Shown here piece by piece: positions 51,287 through 61,592 of a stretch of DNA of 64,000 bases. Source of the DNA: an uncultured Bacilli bacterium (GTDB taxonomy: Bacteria; Bacillota_I; Bacilli_A; RF39; UBA660); assembly GCA_944363785.1 (NCBI GenBank), contig CALVVF010000002.1:1681-65680 (forward strand). Reading direction: 5' to 3'. The notes beneath the pieces were generated by a model that searched no databases, had not been told where the DNA came from, and was given only the letters and a program-made list of their open reading frames with translations. Numbering within the stretch: the first letter of the stretch is position 1; the number at the start of each line of letters is the position of its first letter. Made by a program: the position numbers and the translations under genes.

Positions 51287-53482
51287 ATGAAAGCATGTAC
51301 AATTATTATGCCGATTTACAATGCCTATGATGCAACGAAAGCAGCTATTGAATCGGTAATTCAACATACAGATTTAAAAACAAATAAATTATTGTTAATT
51401 AATGATAAAAGTACAGACGAAAGAATAGGTGAACTTCTTTCTAGTTATCAAGGCCCTAATATTATTGTCCAACATAATCAGGAAAATTTAGGGTTTGTAA
51501 AAACAGTTAATATTGGAATGAAATTTGATAAAAATGACGTACTATTACTAAATTCTGATACAGAAGTAACAGCTAATTGGTTAGAAAAAATGAAAACCTG
51601 TGCTTACCAAGATGATAATATTGCAACAGTTACTCCACTATCCAATAACGCTACTTTAGCTTCTGTTCCAAAGGCCTTTGTACCAAGTGTATTACCTGAA
51701 GGATATTCATTAGATAAAATGGCAGAACTAGTTGAAAGTTGCTCTTACAAAGAATATCCAGAAATTCCAACTGGACATGGGTTCTGCCTATTTATTAAAA
51801 GAGAAGTTTTAAATAAAGTAGGATATTTTGATGAAGAATCCTTTGGAAAAGGATATGGTGAAGAAAGTGATTTTTGTTATCGCTGCTTTAATTATGGATA
51901 CCGACATGTTCTTTGCGATGATACTTATATTTATCACAAAGAATCCCAATCATTTACAGATAGTAAAATCGAAAGAATAAAAAAAGCTGGCGAAATTATT
52001 GAAAAGAGATATCCTTCATATTTGAGTCGCTTGAACTCATGGTGCCAAAGAAAACCTCATCGCTATATTGGAGATAATATAGGTTTGCATTTAGGAGCAG
52101 TAGAATCACAACCTAATATCTTGTTTATTATTCACGATTGGGATAAAAATAATTTGGGCGGAACTACTTTACATGCTGATGATATTGTTCAAACACTAAG
52201 AAATAAATATAATTTTCATATTTTCACTAAGAATAGAATTGGTTACGCAGTTTATTCATATTATGAACAAACAGAAACAAAGATTCAACTACCAGATATT
52301 GAAGAATTTAAAGATTTGCGCTATTACAATAGTGAATATCAAAAACTATTAGAAAAGGTAATTGATATGTTTCAAATTTCAATCGTTCATATTCACCATT
52401 TAAAGGGACATTATTTCAATATAAAAAATATAATCAATAAATATAAATTATATACTGTTATTAGTCTTCATGACTATTATAGTATTTGCCCGCAAATTAC
52501 GAAATTATATAAGAACGAACAATATTGTGGATGTACTCCAAACAAGGAAAAGTGTGCGGAATGTTTACGCTACTTGTTCAAAAATGATCTGGATATAAAC
52601 GGTTGGCGGCATGAATGGCATTCATTACTAAAGAGTGCAAACAAAATTATTGTACCTAGTGAGAGTACCAAAAAAGAGATCAATCAAATTTATCAAGATT
52701 TAGATCTAACAGTAATAGAACATGGAATAAATTTAAAGAAGGAAACTTCAAAATTACAAATTGATACTAATAAAGACTTTAATGTAGCTTTTGTTGGTGC
52801 TATTGGTATTCATAAGGGAAGTAAAATACTAGAAGAGTTTATCAAGAGAAAAGATTGGAAAAATATCAAATTGCATTTGTTTGGTATATTAGATAGTCCT
52901 CTTCAGAAAAATACTAAATTTTATATTAACCACGGACGTTATAAACGCGAAGAATTAAAAGAAAAGCTAAAGAAAAACAATATTCAATTAATCTGCTTAC
53001 TTTCTACTGTACCGGAAACCTATTCGTATTCTTTAAGTGAAAGTATTGCTTGTGGAATCCCTGTTTTAGCTTTCAATATTGGTGCTCTTGGTGAACGCGT
53101 GAAAAAGAGTCAAGTAGGTTGGTTAATAGATGCTAATTCTACTTGTGATCAAATTATCCAGAAAATTCATGAAATTGCGAATAATCCTGAACAATATGCT
53201 AAAATAGTAGATAATATCAATAAAACAACGATAAAAACAGTAAGTCAGATGGCAAATGACTATCAAAAATTATATAAAACTCACGCCAAAGAAACAGTAG
53301 TAAAAACAGATATCATCAAGGAATATTTACGAACTAGTCGATATTATCATGAAACATCATCACTTGTCGACAGTAGTGCATGGGTATTTAGTACTTTGAA
53401 ATGGAAAATTATTTCTAAGTTAAAAATACCAAAACCAGTTAAAAAAATAGGAAAAACAATAATCAATAAAGCAAAAAGTTAG
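51287..53482 (+). CDS. Bifunctional glycosyltransferase (GT2 + GT4), paralog of the preceding gene.
   Basis: IIMPIYNAYD..INDKSTDE (GT2). C-terminal ETYSYSLSESIACGIPVLAFNIG (GT4). Confidence 0.65.
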   Translation: MKACTIIMPIYNAYDATKAAIESVIQHTDLKTNKLLLINDKSTDERIGELLSSYQGPNIIVQHNQENLGFVKTVNIGMKFDKNDVLLLNSDTEVTANWLEKMKTCAYQDDNIATVTPLSNNATLASVPKAFVPSVLPEGYSLDKMAELVESCSYKEYPEIPTGHGFCLFIKREVLNKVGYFDEESFGKGYGEESDFCYRCFNYGYRHVLCDDTYIYHKESQSFTDSKIERIKKAGEIIEKRYPSYLSRLNSWCQRKPHRYIGDNIGLHLGAVESQPNILFIIHDWDKNNLGGTTLHADDIVQTLRNKYNFHIFTKNRIGYAVYSYYEQTETKIQLPDIEEFKDLRYYNSEYQKLLEKVIDMFQISIVHIHHLKGHYFNIKNIINKYKLYTVISLHDYYSICPQITKLYKNEQYCGCTPNKEKCAECLRYLFKNDLDINGWRHEWHSLLKSANKIIVPSESTKKEINQIYQDLDLTVIEHGINLKKETSKLQIDTNKDFNVAFVGAIGIHKGSKILEEFIKRKDWKNIKLHLFGILDSPLQKNTKFYINHGRYKREELKEKLKKNNIQLICLLSTVPETYSYSLSESIACGIPVLAFNIGALGERVKKSQVGWLIDANSTCDQIIQKIHEIANNPEQYAKIVDNINKTTIKTVSQMANDYQKLYKTHAKETVVKTDIIKEYLRTSRYYHETSSLVDSSAWVFSTLKWKIISKLKIPKPVKKIGKTIINKAKS

Positions 53483-53490
53483 GTGAAAGA

Positions 53491-54339
53491 ATGAAAGTAG
53501 CAGGAATTGTAACATTATATTATCCTGATGGGGATGTATTAGAAAATATAGAGTCATATCTATCGGAGATTGATCAATTATATGTAATCGATAATACTCC
53601 AGACAAAGAGAATAAAGAAGTTTTGCCTAACGATAAACGAATAGTTTATTTACCTAATCATGAGAATGTAGGTGTTGCTAAAGCTTTAAACATTGGAGCA
53701 AAAGAAGCGATTAAAGCTGGATATTCTTGGTTATTAACAATGGATCAAGATAGTAGATTTAAAAAAGGTTCCGTAACTAAAATGATCAATTATTTAAAAA
53801 AGAATAAGAATAGAAAAGATATAGGGCTAATCACACCATGGCATGTTATCAATACAGGTGTAAAAAAGCCTAAAGAAAAAATTGATCACCCTTTAGAAGT
53901 AATGACATCAGGAAATATGATTAATTTAGAAGCTTATCAAAAGATAAATGGGTTTAAAGATTGGTATTTTATTGATGCTATTGACATTGAATATTGTATG
54001 AATCTCAATAGACACGGCTATAAGATTGATCGGTTAAATGAAGTAGAATTAAAGCATGATTTAGGAGACATTGAAGTAAAACATGTTCTAAATAGAAATT
54101 TTGTCTGTAGTAATCATAATGCCTTTAGAAGATATTTTATGGTAAGGAATACCTTTTATCTCTGTCAAGAATATGAAAAAGATTTTCCAGAATATTGCCA
54201 TTTTCTAAAAAGAGGCTTGCGTGGTCAATTACAGAATATTGTTTTATTTGAAAAAAACAAGATAAAGAAAATAAGAAATATGTATAGAGGATATCGTGAC
54301 TTCAAAAGAAATAGAAAAGGAGAGTACCCATATCATTAG
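53491..54339 (+). CDS. Family 2 glycosyltransferase (rhamnosyltransferase-like).
   Basis: GIVTLYYPD...VIDNTP, DQDS DxD motif. Confidence 0.6.
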   Translation: MKVAGIVTLYYPDGDVLENIESYLSEIDQLYVIDNTPDKENKEVLPNDKRIVYLPNHENVGVAKALNIGAKEAIKAGYSWLLTMDQDSRFKKGSVTKMINYLKKNKNRKDIGLITPWHVINTGVKKPKEKIDHPLEVMTSGNMINLEAYQKINGFKDWYFIDAIDIEYCMNLNRHGYKIDRLNEVELKHDLGDIEVKHVLNRNFVCSNHNAFRRYFMVRNTFYLCQEYEKDFPEYCHFLKRGLRGQLQNIVLFEKNKIKKIRNMYRGYRDFKRNRKGEYPYH

Positions 54340-54365
54340 TATAAAAATAGGGGGGGAAAATAAAA

Positions 54366-55364
54366 ATGCAAAGTATTCTAGTAACCGGTGGTATGGGCTA
54401 TATTGGTAGTCATACGGTAGTAGAATTATTAGAAAATAATTATGAAGTAATTATTGTTGATAATTTAATCAATTCTAAATTAGAAGTATTGGATAATATT
54501 GAAAAGATAACTGGGAAACGTCCTAAGTTTTATCAGTATGACTTGTGTAATCAAAATGATTTAGAACAAGTATTTAAAGAAAATAAAATTGATGCTGTTA
54601 TCCATTTTGCTGGGTTGAAAGCAGTAGGAGAGTCAGTACAAAAACCACTTCTATATTATCAAAACAACTTAGTATCCACTTTGAATTTACTAGAGGTAAT
54701 GACTAAGTATAATTGTAAAAAACTAGTATTTTCTTCAAGTGCGACAGTTTATGGTACTCCGAAATCTTTACCAATTAAAGAAGATTTCCCATTATCAACC
54801 ACCAATCCTTATGGTTCAACCAAGTTATTCATCGAATATATGTTAAAAGATTTATACAAGTCTGATCCTACTTGGAGTATAGCTATCCTTCGTTACTTTA
54901 ATCCAATTAGTGCTCATTCATCTTACTTATTAGGAGAAGACCCTAATGGAATTCCTAATAATTTAATGCCTTATATTGTGAAAGTAGCCACTAAAGAACT
55001 TGATCATTTAAATATTTTTGGCAATGATTATGACACAAAGGATGGTACAGGAGTAAGAGATTATATTCATGTAGTAGATTTGGCTAAAGGACATATAAAA
55101 GCAATCGAAAAAATTATGAAAAGTAACCAAGTAGACTGCTATAATTTAGGAACTGGACATGGTTACAGTGTTTTAGAAATTGTAAATACATTTGAGCGAA
55201 TAAATAAGGTTAAAGTTCCTTATCAAATTACCAAAAGAAGAGATGGAGACATTGCTGAATGTTATGCCGATCCATCTTATGCTAAACAGGAATTAAATTT
55301 TACTTGTACGAAAACGTTAGAAGATATGGTAAGAGATAGTTACCAATATAGAGTAAAAAAATAA
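54366..55364 (+). CDS. galE: UDP-glucose 4-epimerase.
   Basis: ILVTGGMGYIGSHT, the YxxxK motif (YGSTK) and SSSATVYG, typical of GalE. Confidence 0.85.
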   Translation: MQSILVTGGMGYIGSHTVVELLENNYEVIIVDNLINSKLEVLDNIEKITGKRPKFYQYDLCNQNDLEQVFKENKIDAVIHFAGLKAVGESVQKPLLYYQNNLVSTLNLLEVMTKYNCKKLVFSSSATVYGTPKSLPIKEDFPLSTTNPYGSTKLFIEYMLKDLYKSDPTWSIAILRYFNPISAHSSYLLGEDPNGIPNNLMPYIVKVATKELDHLNIFGNDYDTKDGTGVRDYIHVVDLAKGHIKAIEKIMKSNQVDCYNLGTGHGYSVLEIVNTFERINKVKVPYQITKRRDGDIAECYADPSYAKQELNFTCTKTLEDMVRDSYQYRVKK

Positions 55365-55375
55365 AATAGAAAATA

Positions 55376-55416
55376 AAAAGGTATGATTAACAATAAAATT
55401 AATCATACCTTTTTTG
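55376..55416. terminator. Bidirectional terminator shared by galE (+) and the convergent amidohydrolase gene (-). It overlaps the 3' end of the latter.
   Basis: 13-bp stem AAGGTATGATTAA / TTAATCATACCTT, with an A-run upstream and a T-run downstream. Confidence 0.6.
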
Positions 55417-56692
55417 ATAATCTTTCAATAATAGAATCAATTTTCCTTTTTAATTCTTCTTCATCGATTGGTAAAACTAATCGGTGATTTTTCATCAATA
55501 TTTCCCCATTGATCATTGTCGTATCTACATGCTTACTTTCCGTATTATGAACGATCTGGGTAATTAAATCGACGGTTGGATATGACTCGATATCGGAATA
55601 GTCAAGAATGATAATATCGGCTAGTTTTCCTACTTCAATGGAACCAATTTTATCTTCTAATCCCAAAGCCTTAGCTCCATTTACTGTCGCGAGTTTTAAA
55701 ACGTCGTAAGAACTAAAAACAGTAGGATCTTGATAGAGGGCTTTTTGGAGTTGATCAGTAATCGACATATGATAGAACAAGTTAAGGTTATTCCCACTTC
55801 CTTGTCCATCTGTACCTAAACAAACATTAATTCCATGTTTCCTATAGCTACTAATATCGGCAATTCCACATCCTAAATTAAGATTACTAATCGGATTAGT
55901 TACAATTGAGACATCTTTTCCACTTAAAATCTCTTGTTCTTTTTGAGAAATAAAGGTTCCATGTGCAAGAATTAATTTATTCTCTAAAAAGCCAAGTTCC
56001 TCTAAAGCTTCAACTGGTAATTTTTGATAATCTTGTTCAATACCTTGTGCTTCTTCCTTATTTTCACAAAAATGCATATGAATCGGCAAGTGTAAATCGT
56101 CTGCCAATTGTTTACACTTCTTTAAATACTCTTTACTACAAGTATACATCGCATGAGGTGTCAAACTAAAACTAAGAAGAGGTGAGTCTTTATGGCTATG
56201 ATAAAGCTCCATAAAGTCTTGGACTCTTTCCATCGAAGCCTCATCACCGTTACCCATTAAACATCTAGAATACATACATCTAACTTTAGCTTCTTCCAAA
56301 GCGCGAATACTTCCTCGCCAACCAAAATACATATCATTAGCAGTTGTCGTTCCTGTTTTGATCATCTCAATACAAGATAATAAAGTCGTATAGTAAAGAT
56401 CATCATCGGTCATATTATCTTCGATTGGCCAAATTTTTTTGTTTAACCAATCTTGTAAATTTAAATTATCATTCGTTGCCCGAAAAATACTCATCCCTAA
56501 ATGGGTATGGCCATTAATTAAACCAGGCATTACAATTTTTCCTGTCGCATCGATTACTTCATCGCATTCTCCCTTATAATCTTTACATATCGCACGGATA
56601 TATTGATCCTCAATAACAATATCTACTTGTTCAACTATTTCACGACCACTATCCATCGTGATTACTGTTCCATTTTTAATTACTTTTTTCAT
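55403..56692 (-). CDS. mtaD: Amidohydrolase of the MtaD/TRZ-ATZ family (5-methylthioadenosine/S-adenosylhomocysteine deaminase-like).
   Basis: GLINGHTHLGMS metal-binding motif, a C-terminal HxxE..D-type amidohydrolase core, about 430 aa. GGAGG RBS. Confidence 0.65.
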   Translation of the reverse strand: MKKVIKNGTVITMDSGREIVEQVDIVIEDQYIRAICKDYKGECDEVIDATGKIVMPGLINGHTHLGMSIFRATNDNLNLQDWLNKKIWPIEDNMTDDDLYYTTLLSCIEMIKTGTTTANDMYFGWRGSIRALEEAKVRCMYSRCLMGNGDEASMERVQDFMELYHSHKDSPLLSFSLTPHAMYTCSKEYLKKCKQLADDLHLPIHMHFCENKEEAQGIEQDYQKLPVEALEELGFLENKLILAHGTFISQKEQEILSGKDVSIVTNPISNLNLGCGIADISSYRKHGINVCLGTDGQGSGNNLNLFYHMSITDQLQKALYQDPTVFSSYDVLKLATVNGAKALGLEDKIGSIEVGKLADIIILDYSDIESYPTVDLITQIVHNTESKHVDTTMINGEILMKNHRLVLPIDEEELKRKIDSIIERLSKKV

Positions 56693-56792
56693 AACATCCT
56701 CCGTACTTATTATACAATAATTTAAAAAATTTGAATATAAAGTGAGATTTTCTTTTCTCGACTTAGAATAATAGAAGTAGAGGAGAGATAAA

Positions 56793-59246
56793 ATGAAAAA
56801 AATATGTACATTAGTTGTATTACTTCTATCGTTAAGTTTAATAGAAGTAACAGAAGTAAAAGCATTAACCGATAGTTTTTATGAAGCAGAATACGTTGAA
56901 GGTGCTTACATTAAGAAGTTTAAACCAGGTGCATCTACAGGAAGATACCAACAAATGCGAGTATTTAGAAGAACTTCTGATCATCATGAAGCTTATTGTA
57001 TTGAAATATGGAAAGAATTATTAGATGGAAAGCCAATAATTGGTTATCAAGAAGATTTTTTAAATCATACTAATTTATCCGAAGAGGTATGGGAAAGAAT
57101 AGAATTATTAGCCTATTATGGGTATAGATATCAAAATCATACTTCCCTAGATTGGTATGCGGTTACTCAATATTTAATTTGGAAAACGATCGAACCAGAT
57201 AGTACGATTTATTTTACCGATAAACTAAATGGTAATCGAATTGATAAATATCAAACCGAAATTGCAGAACTAGAGCGTTTAGTAGAAAAACATAATCAAT
57301 TACCCAGTTTTGTTAATCAGAAATATACGCTTTCTTATAACGAAGAATATGTTTTAACTGATACCAATCAAGTCCTTGAGAACTTTACTGTTCAAAACGA
57401 GGAAAATTTAATCGTAACGAAAACAGGTAACGAGTTACGGCTTAAAACTAAACATCTAGGAAAGAGTAAACTGACATTAACGAGAAAATCCAGTGAAAAA
57501 ACAACTGTTTATATCGACTTAGAAAGTCAGAGTCTAATTATCCGAGGAGGTTTTAGTGAAGTATCAGGTGAAATAGAAGTGGAATTGCCATATGGAACTT
57601 TCCAAATTAGAAAAAGAGACAAAGAAACAGGAAGTTCAACTCCACAAGGAGAAGCTAGTTTTACTGGGACTACCTTTGAATTAGAGAGTAGCGATAAAAC
57701 TATAGTTAAACAATTAGTTATTCAAGAAAATGGTTATTCTAATATCGTAGAATTACCGTATGGCAATTATCGAATTAGAGAAATTAAATCAGGATTAGGT
57801 TATCAATTAGATTTGAAGGAACGATATTTAGAAATAGATGGTACTCCACAATTATTGATTTGGGATTGGGATAATGAAGTATACAAAGGAAAAATAATCT
57901 TACAAAAATATTATGGTAGTAGTGAAAAAGGAGAATATCATGAAGAGTTTGGTGCTGAATTTGAAATTTACGATAGTAAAAATAAATTAGTTGACACAGT
58001 AACGACTAATGAACAAGGACAAGCCATAATTACTTTACCTTATGGAACGTACCGAGTCATACAAACCAAAGGAAAAGATAATTATGAACTAAGTGAGCCA
58101 TTTACGATAACTATCGATGAGAAGAGTGAGAAAGAAAAAACGATAACCCTAAAAAATGAAGAAATTGGCTATCGTGTTAAGGTACTGAAAATTGATGCTA
58201 GTAGTAAATTACCAATCAAAGATAACATTAAGTTTAGAATTAAAAATAAGAAAACAGGAAAGTATCTTATTCGTCATCTAACAACCCCTGTTCCCCATGA
58301 AACTACTATCTTTGAAACCAATAGTGAGGGATACTTTATCACTGACATGTGTTTATTATCAGGAACTTATCTACTAGAAGAAGTAGCCGCACCAGATGGT
58401 TATCAATTACACAGTGACCCCATTGAATTTACAGTATCTGAAGACTCTCCAACTACAAGTGAAGGACTATATGAAAAAGTAATTGTTGTCGAAGTAGAAA
58501 ACCAGAGGGCATACGGAACGATCGAAATCGAAAAAAAAGGAGAAATCGTAACGACAACAGGTGGTCTTTCTTTTTCCTTTGCTCCCTTAGAGGGGGTAGA
58601 GTTTTCAATCTATGCTGCTGAAGAAATAAAAACTAAAGATGGTAGTCTTCTTTATCGAAAAGATGAATTAGTAGAAGTGATCACGACAAATCATAAAGGA
58701 ATCGCCAAAAGTAAAAAAATACCTTTAGGCAAATATTATGTGATAGAAAGTAAAAATTTAAAACCATATAATGAAAACACTCAAAAATATTTTGTCGACT
58801 TAACGACACCTAATCAAGCTTTAAAAATGAACTTCGAAAATATTTTGAAAAAAAGTGATATTGAGATTATCAAAATTGATCGTGACACAAAGGAAAGAAT
58901 AAGAAATGCCAAATTTTCTTTGTATAATGAAAACCATGAATGGTTAGCTAGTACATATACAGATCAAACAGGTCGTGCTCACTTTTATGACATACCCTTA
59001 GGTAAATATTATATAGTAGAAGAAATCAGTCCGATAGGATATGAATTAGACAAAACTCCTCACAGTGTAGAATTAGTAGACGCATATACAACTTATACCT
59101 TAACTATTCCTAACCAAAAGAGAATAATCCCACCTAAAACAGGAATCGAAGCTCCTCATAATAATCAATCTTTAATGCCGATGGTGTTGATAGGACTAGG
59201 AGGCAGTAGCCTTTATTATTTAAGAAAAAGAAAAAATAGGATCTGA
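56793..59246 (+). CDS. Cell-wall-anchored adhesin. It has a signal peptide, an N-terminal putative thioester (TED/TQXA-like) domain, multiple Cna-B/SpaA-type isopeptide-fold repeats, and a C-terminal PPKTG sorting signal with a hydrophobic segment and RKRK tail.
   Basis: AYCIEIWK (Cys69) and AVTQYLIWK (Gln126) resemble TED Cys/Gln motifs. Repeats YGTFQIRKRDKETG, YGNYRIREIKSGLGYQL, YGTYRVIQTKGKDNYEL and LGKYYVIESKN. C-terminus IPPKTG...MVLIGLGGSSLYYLRKRKNRI. Confidence 0.65.
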   Translation: MKKICTLVVLLLSLSLIEVTEVKALTDSFYEAEYVEGAYIKKFKPGASTGRYQQMRVFRRTSDHHEAYCIEIWKELLDGKPIIGYQEDFLNHTNLSEEVWERIELLAYYGYRYQNHTSLDWYAVTQYLIWKTIEPDSTIYFTDKLNGNRIDKYQTEIAELERLVEKHNQLPSFVNQKYTLSYNEEYVLTDTNQVLENFTVQNEENLIVTKTGNELRLKTKHLGKSKLTLTRKSSEKTTVYIDLESQSLIIRGGFSEVSGEIEVELPYGTFQIRKRDKETGSSTPQGEASFTGTTFELESSDKTIVKQLVIQENGYSNIVELPYGNYRIREIKSGLGYQLDLKERYLEIDGTPQLLIWDWDNEVYKGKIILQKYYGSSEKGEYHEEFGAEFEIYDSKNKLVDTVTTNEQGQAIITLPYGTYRVIQTKGKDNYELSEPFTITIDEKSEKEKTITLKNEEIGYRVKVLKIDASSKLPIKDNIKFRIKNKKTGKYLIRHLTTPVPHETTIFETNSEGYFITDMCLLSGTYLLEEVAAPDGYQLHSDPIEFTVSEDSPTTSEGLYEKVIVVEVENQRAYGTIEIEKKGEIVTTTGGLSFSFAPLEGVEFSIYAAEEIKTKDGSLLYRKDELVEVITTNHKGIAKSKKIPLGKYYVIESKNLKPYNENTQKYFVDLTTPNQALKMNFENILKKSDIEIIKIDRDTKERIRNAKFSLYNENHEWLASTYTDQTGRAHFYDIPLGKYYIVEEISPIGYELDKTPHSVELVDAYTTYTLTIPNQKRIIPPKTGIEAPHNNQSLMPMVLIGLGGSSLYYLRKRKNRI

Positions 59247-59311
59247 ACCGGATAAGGTTCTTTTTCTTTACTTAAAAGTCAATCTATTCTATAATGTATA
59301 CAGGTGAAAGT

Positions 59312-60457
59312 ATGAAAAAAGTAAGTATTCTATCACTTCATTTAGGATATGGTGGTATTGAAAAAAGCGTAGTTAATTTAGCTAATTTATTAGTCAATGA
59401 TTTTGAAGTAGAAATCATTTCAACATATAAATTAGATCATTCTCCTGCGTTTGAAATCAATCCTCAAGTAAAATTAACCTATTTAATCGAAAAGTATAAA
59501 CCTAATCGTGAAGAATGGAAACAATCACTAAAGAAAATAAAGCCAATTACATTTATCAAAGAAACATATAAAGCTCTTGTCGTATTATTTTTAAGACGTT
59601 CTAAAACAATAAAAGCGATTAAAAACTGTAATAGTGAAATTATCATTTCAACGAGAGATCTTTTTAATAAATGGTTAGGGGAATATGGAAAAAAGAAAAC
59701 TTATAAAATTGGTTGGGAACATAATCATCATCATCAAGATATATCTTATATCAATAAAGTAGTAACCTCATGTAAACAGCTAGATACTTTAGTTTTAGTA
59801 TCTGATTCCCTAAGAAGTTTCTATAAGAAAGAAATGAAAAAAAGAAATTACAAGTGTAAATGTGTATATATTCCCAATATGTTAGATCGAATGCCCCAAC
59901 AATCTTCTTCTTTGTCAGAAAAACGATTGATTTCAATTGGACGATTATCACGAGAAAAAGGATTTACAGACTTAATTGAAGTTTTTTATCTTCTTCATCA
60001 GAAAAAGCCGGATTGGCATCTAGACATCGTTGGCGATGGAGCAGAGAAAAATAAAATAGTGGATATGATCTATAGATATCAGTTAGATAAAGTAGTTACC
60101 GTTCATGGATATTTAAATCGTGATCAAATTGATGAGTTATTATCTCACTCTTCACTCTATGTGATGACTTCTTATACAGAATCATTTGGTATAGTTTTAA
60201 TTGAAGCCATGTCCTATGGTATACCTTGTCTTGCCTATACTTCAGCCGAAGGAGCCAATGACTTAATTGTCAATGACCAAAATGGCTATTTAATCGAAGA
60301 TAGAGATCCTAATAAAATGGTAGAAAAATTAGTTGAATTAATAGATGATAAAAAGAAACGTCAAGAACTAGGAAAAAATGGTAAAAAAACAAGTATGAAT
60401 TATACTCCTGATCGTATTAAAGATAGTTGGCATAAATTATTGAAAAAGAAAGGATAA
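59312..60457 (+). CDS. Family 4 (GT-B) glycosyltransferase.
   Basis: C-terminal ESFGIVLIEAMSYGIPCLAY (E-x7-E). ATG 59312 with an AGGTGA RBS. Confidence 0.7.
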   Translation: MKKVSILSLHLGYGGIEKSVVNLANLLVNDFEVEIISTYKLDHSPAFEINPQVKLTYLIEKYKPNREEWKQSLKKIKPITFIKETYKALVVLFLRRSKTIKAIKNCNSEIIISTRDLFNKWLGEYGKKKTYKIGWEHNHHHQDISYINKVVTSCKQLDTLVLVSDSLRSFYKKEMKKRNYKCKCVYIPNMLDRMPQQSSSLSEKRLISIGRLSREKGFTDLIEVFYLLHQKKPDWHLDIVGDGAEKNKIVDMIYRYQLDKVVTVHGYLNRDQIDELLSHSSLYVMTSYTESFGIVLIEAMSYGIPCLAYTSAEGANDLIVNDQNGYLIEDRDPNKMVEKLVELIDDKKKRQELGKNGKKTSMNYTPDRIKDSWHKLLKKKG

Positions 60458-60462
60458 AACCG

Positions 60463-60936
60463 ATGAAGAAAAAAGTAATGTTTATCTCTAGTGCCGGTGG
60501 CCATTTATCGGAATTACTACAGCTATCGCCACTATTTTCTAAATATGATTATACACTAATTACAGAAAAGTGTTCCGCAACAACTTATTTAAGTAAAAAA
60601 TATCCCCAAAAAGTTTCCTATTTATTTTATGGAACTAAAGATCATTTACTTACTTATCCATTTAAGTTATTAGCGAACTGTTTTAAGAGCTTGTATTTAT
60701 ATTTAAAAATTCGTCCTGAATTTATCGTGACGACCGGTACCCACACAGCTGGTCCAATGTGTTGCCTTGGCAAAATATTCGGTAGTAAAATCATCTATAT
60801 CGAAACATTTGCGAATATAGAAACCAAAACAGCAACTGGAAGATTAATCTATTTATTTGCAGATTTATTCATCGTTCAATGGCCTAATATGTTAAAACTA
60901 TACAAAAAAGCACAGTATGGTGGCTGGATCTATTAA
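60463..60936 (+). CDS. Alg14-like membrane-associated subunit of a two-part UDP-sugar glycosyltransferase (Cps14F/EpsE-like).
   Basis: FISSAGGHLSEL, the Alg14 family motif, at about 157 aa. Confidence 0.65.
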   Translation: MKKKVMFISSAGGHLSELLQLSPLFSKYDYTLITEKCSATTYLSKKYPQKVSYLFYGTKDHLLTYPFKLLANCFKSLYLYLKIRPEFIVTTGTHTAGPMCCLGKIFGSKIIYIETFANIETKTATGRLIYLFADLFIVQWPNMLKLYKKAQYGGWIY

Positions 60937-60949
60937 GGAGAATTAAAAT

Positions 60950-61504
60950 ATGATTTTAGTAACATTAGGAACCCAAGATAAAAGTTTTGAAAGACTTCTA
61001 AAAAAACTAGACCAACTAATCGAAAAAAAAGTAATTCAAGATGAAGTCGTCGTCCAAGCGGGGTATACTCAATATGAAAGTAAAAACATGAAAATTTTCT
61101 CTTATCTTCCTAAAGAAGAATTAGAAAAACTAATCGAAAAATGTGATCTATTAATTACCCATGCTGGCGTTGGATCGATTATGGATGGTATAAAGAAAAA
61201 AAAGAAAGTCATCGCAGTTCCACGTCTTTCCAAATATCAAGAACACACGAACGATCATCAACTTCAAATCGCAAAAGAGTTTGAAAAAGAAGGGTATATA
61301 CTTAGTGTAATAGAGTTGAAAGATTTGCCTAAAACATTAAAAAAGGTAGAAAAATTTAAACCTAAAAAATATCGAGGCAACAATCAAAAAATGTTAAATT
61401 TAATCGATAACTATATTGAAAATAATCACAAAGATAGTCGTCTTCCTTTCTATTTAATCTTATTGTTCATTATTTTTCTTATCTTATTCTTTATTTTATT
61501 GTGA
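60950..61504 (+). CDS. Alg13-like catalytic subunit (Glyco_tran_28_C; Cps14G/EpsF-like). It has an unusual C-terminal hydrophobic tail.
   Basis: ILVTLGTQDKSFERLL and THAGVGSI motifs of MurG/Alg13 C-terminal domains. The last ~25 aa are a TM-like LILLFIIFLILFFILL. Confidence 0.65.
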   Translation: MILVTLGTQDKSFERLLKKLDQLIEKKVIQDEVVVQAGYTQYESKNMKIFSYLPKEELEKLIEKCDLLITHAGVGSIMDGIKKKKKVIAVPRLSKYQEHTNDHQLQIAKEFEKEGYILSVIELKDLPKTLKKVEKFKPKKYRGNNQKMLNLIDNYIENNHKDSRLPFYLILLFIIFLILFFILL

Positions 61505-61592
61505 TAAAAATAGTAAACTAGACACAATTTAAATATAGAATGTTGGTAAATAAGACAATTTGTTTTATAATAGATAAAGAAAGGAAGTAATC

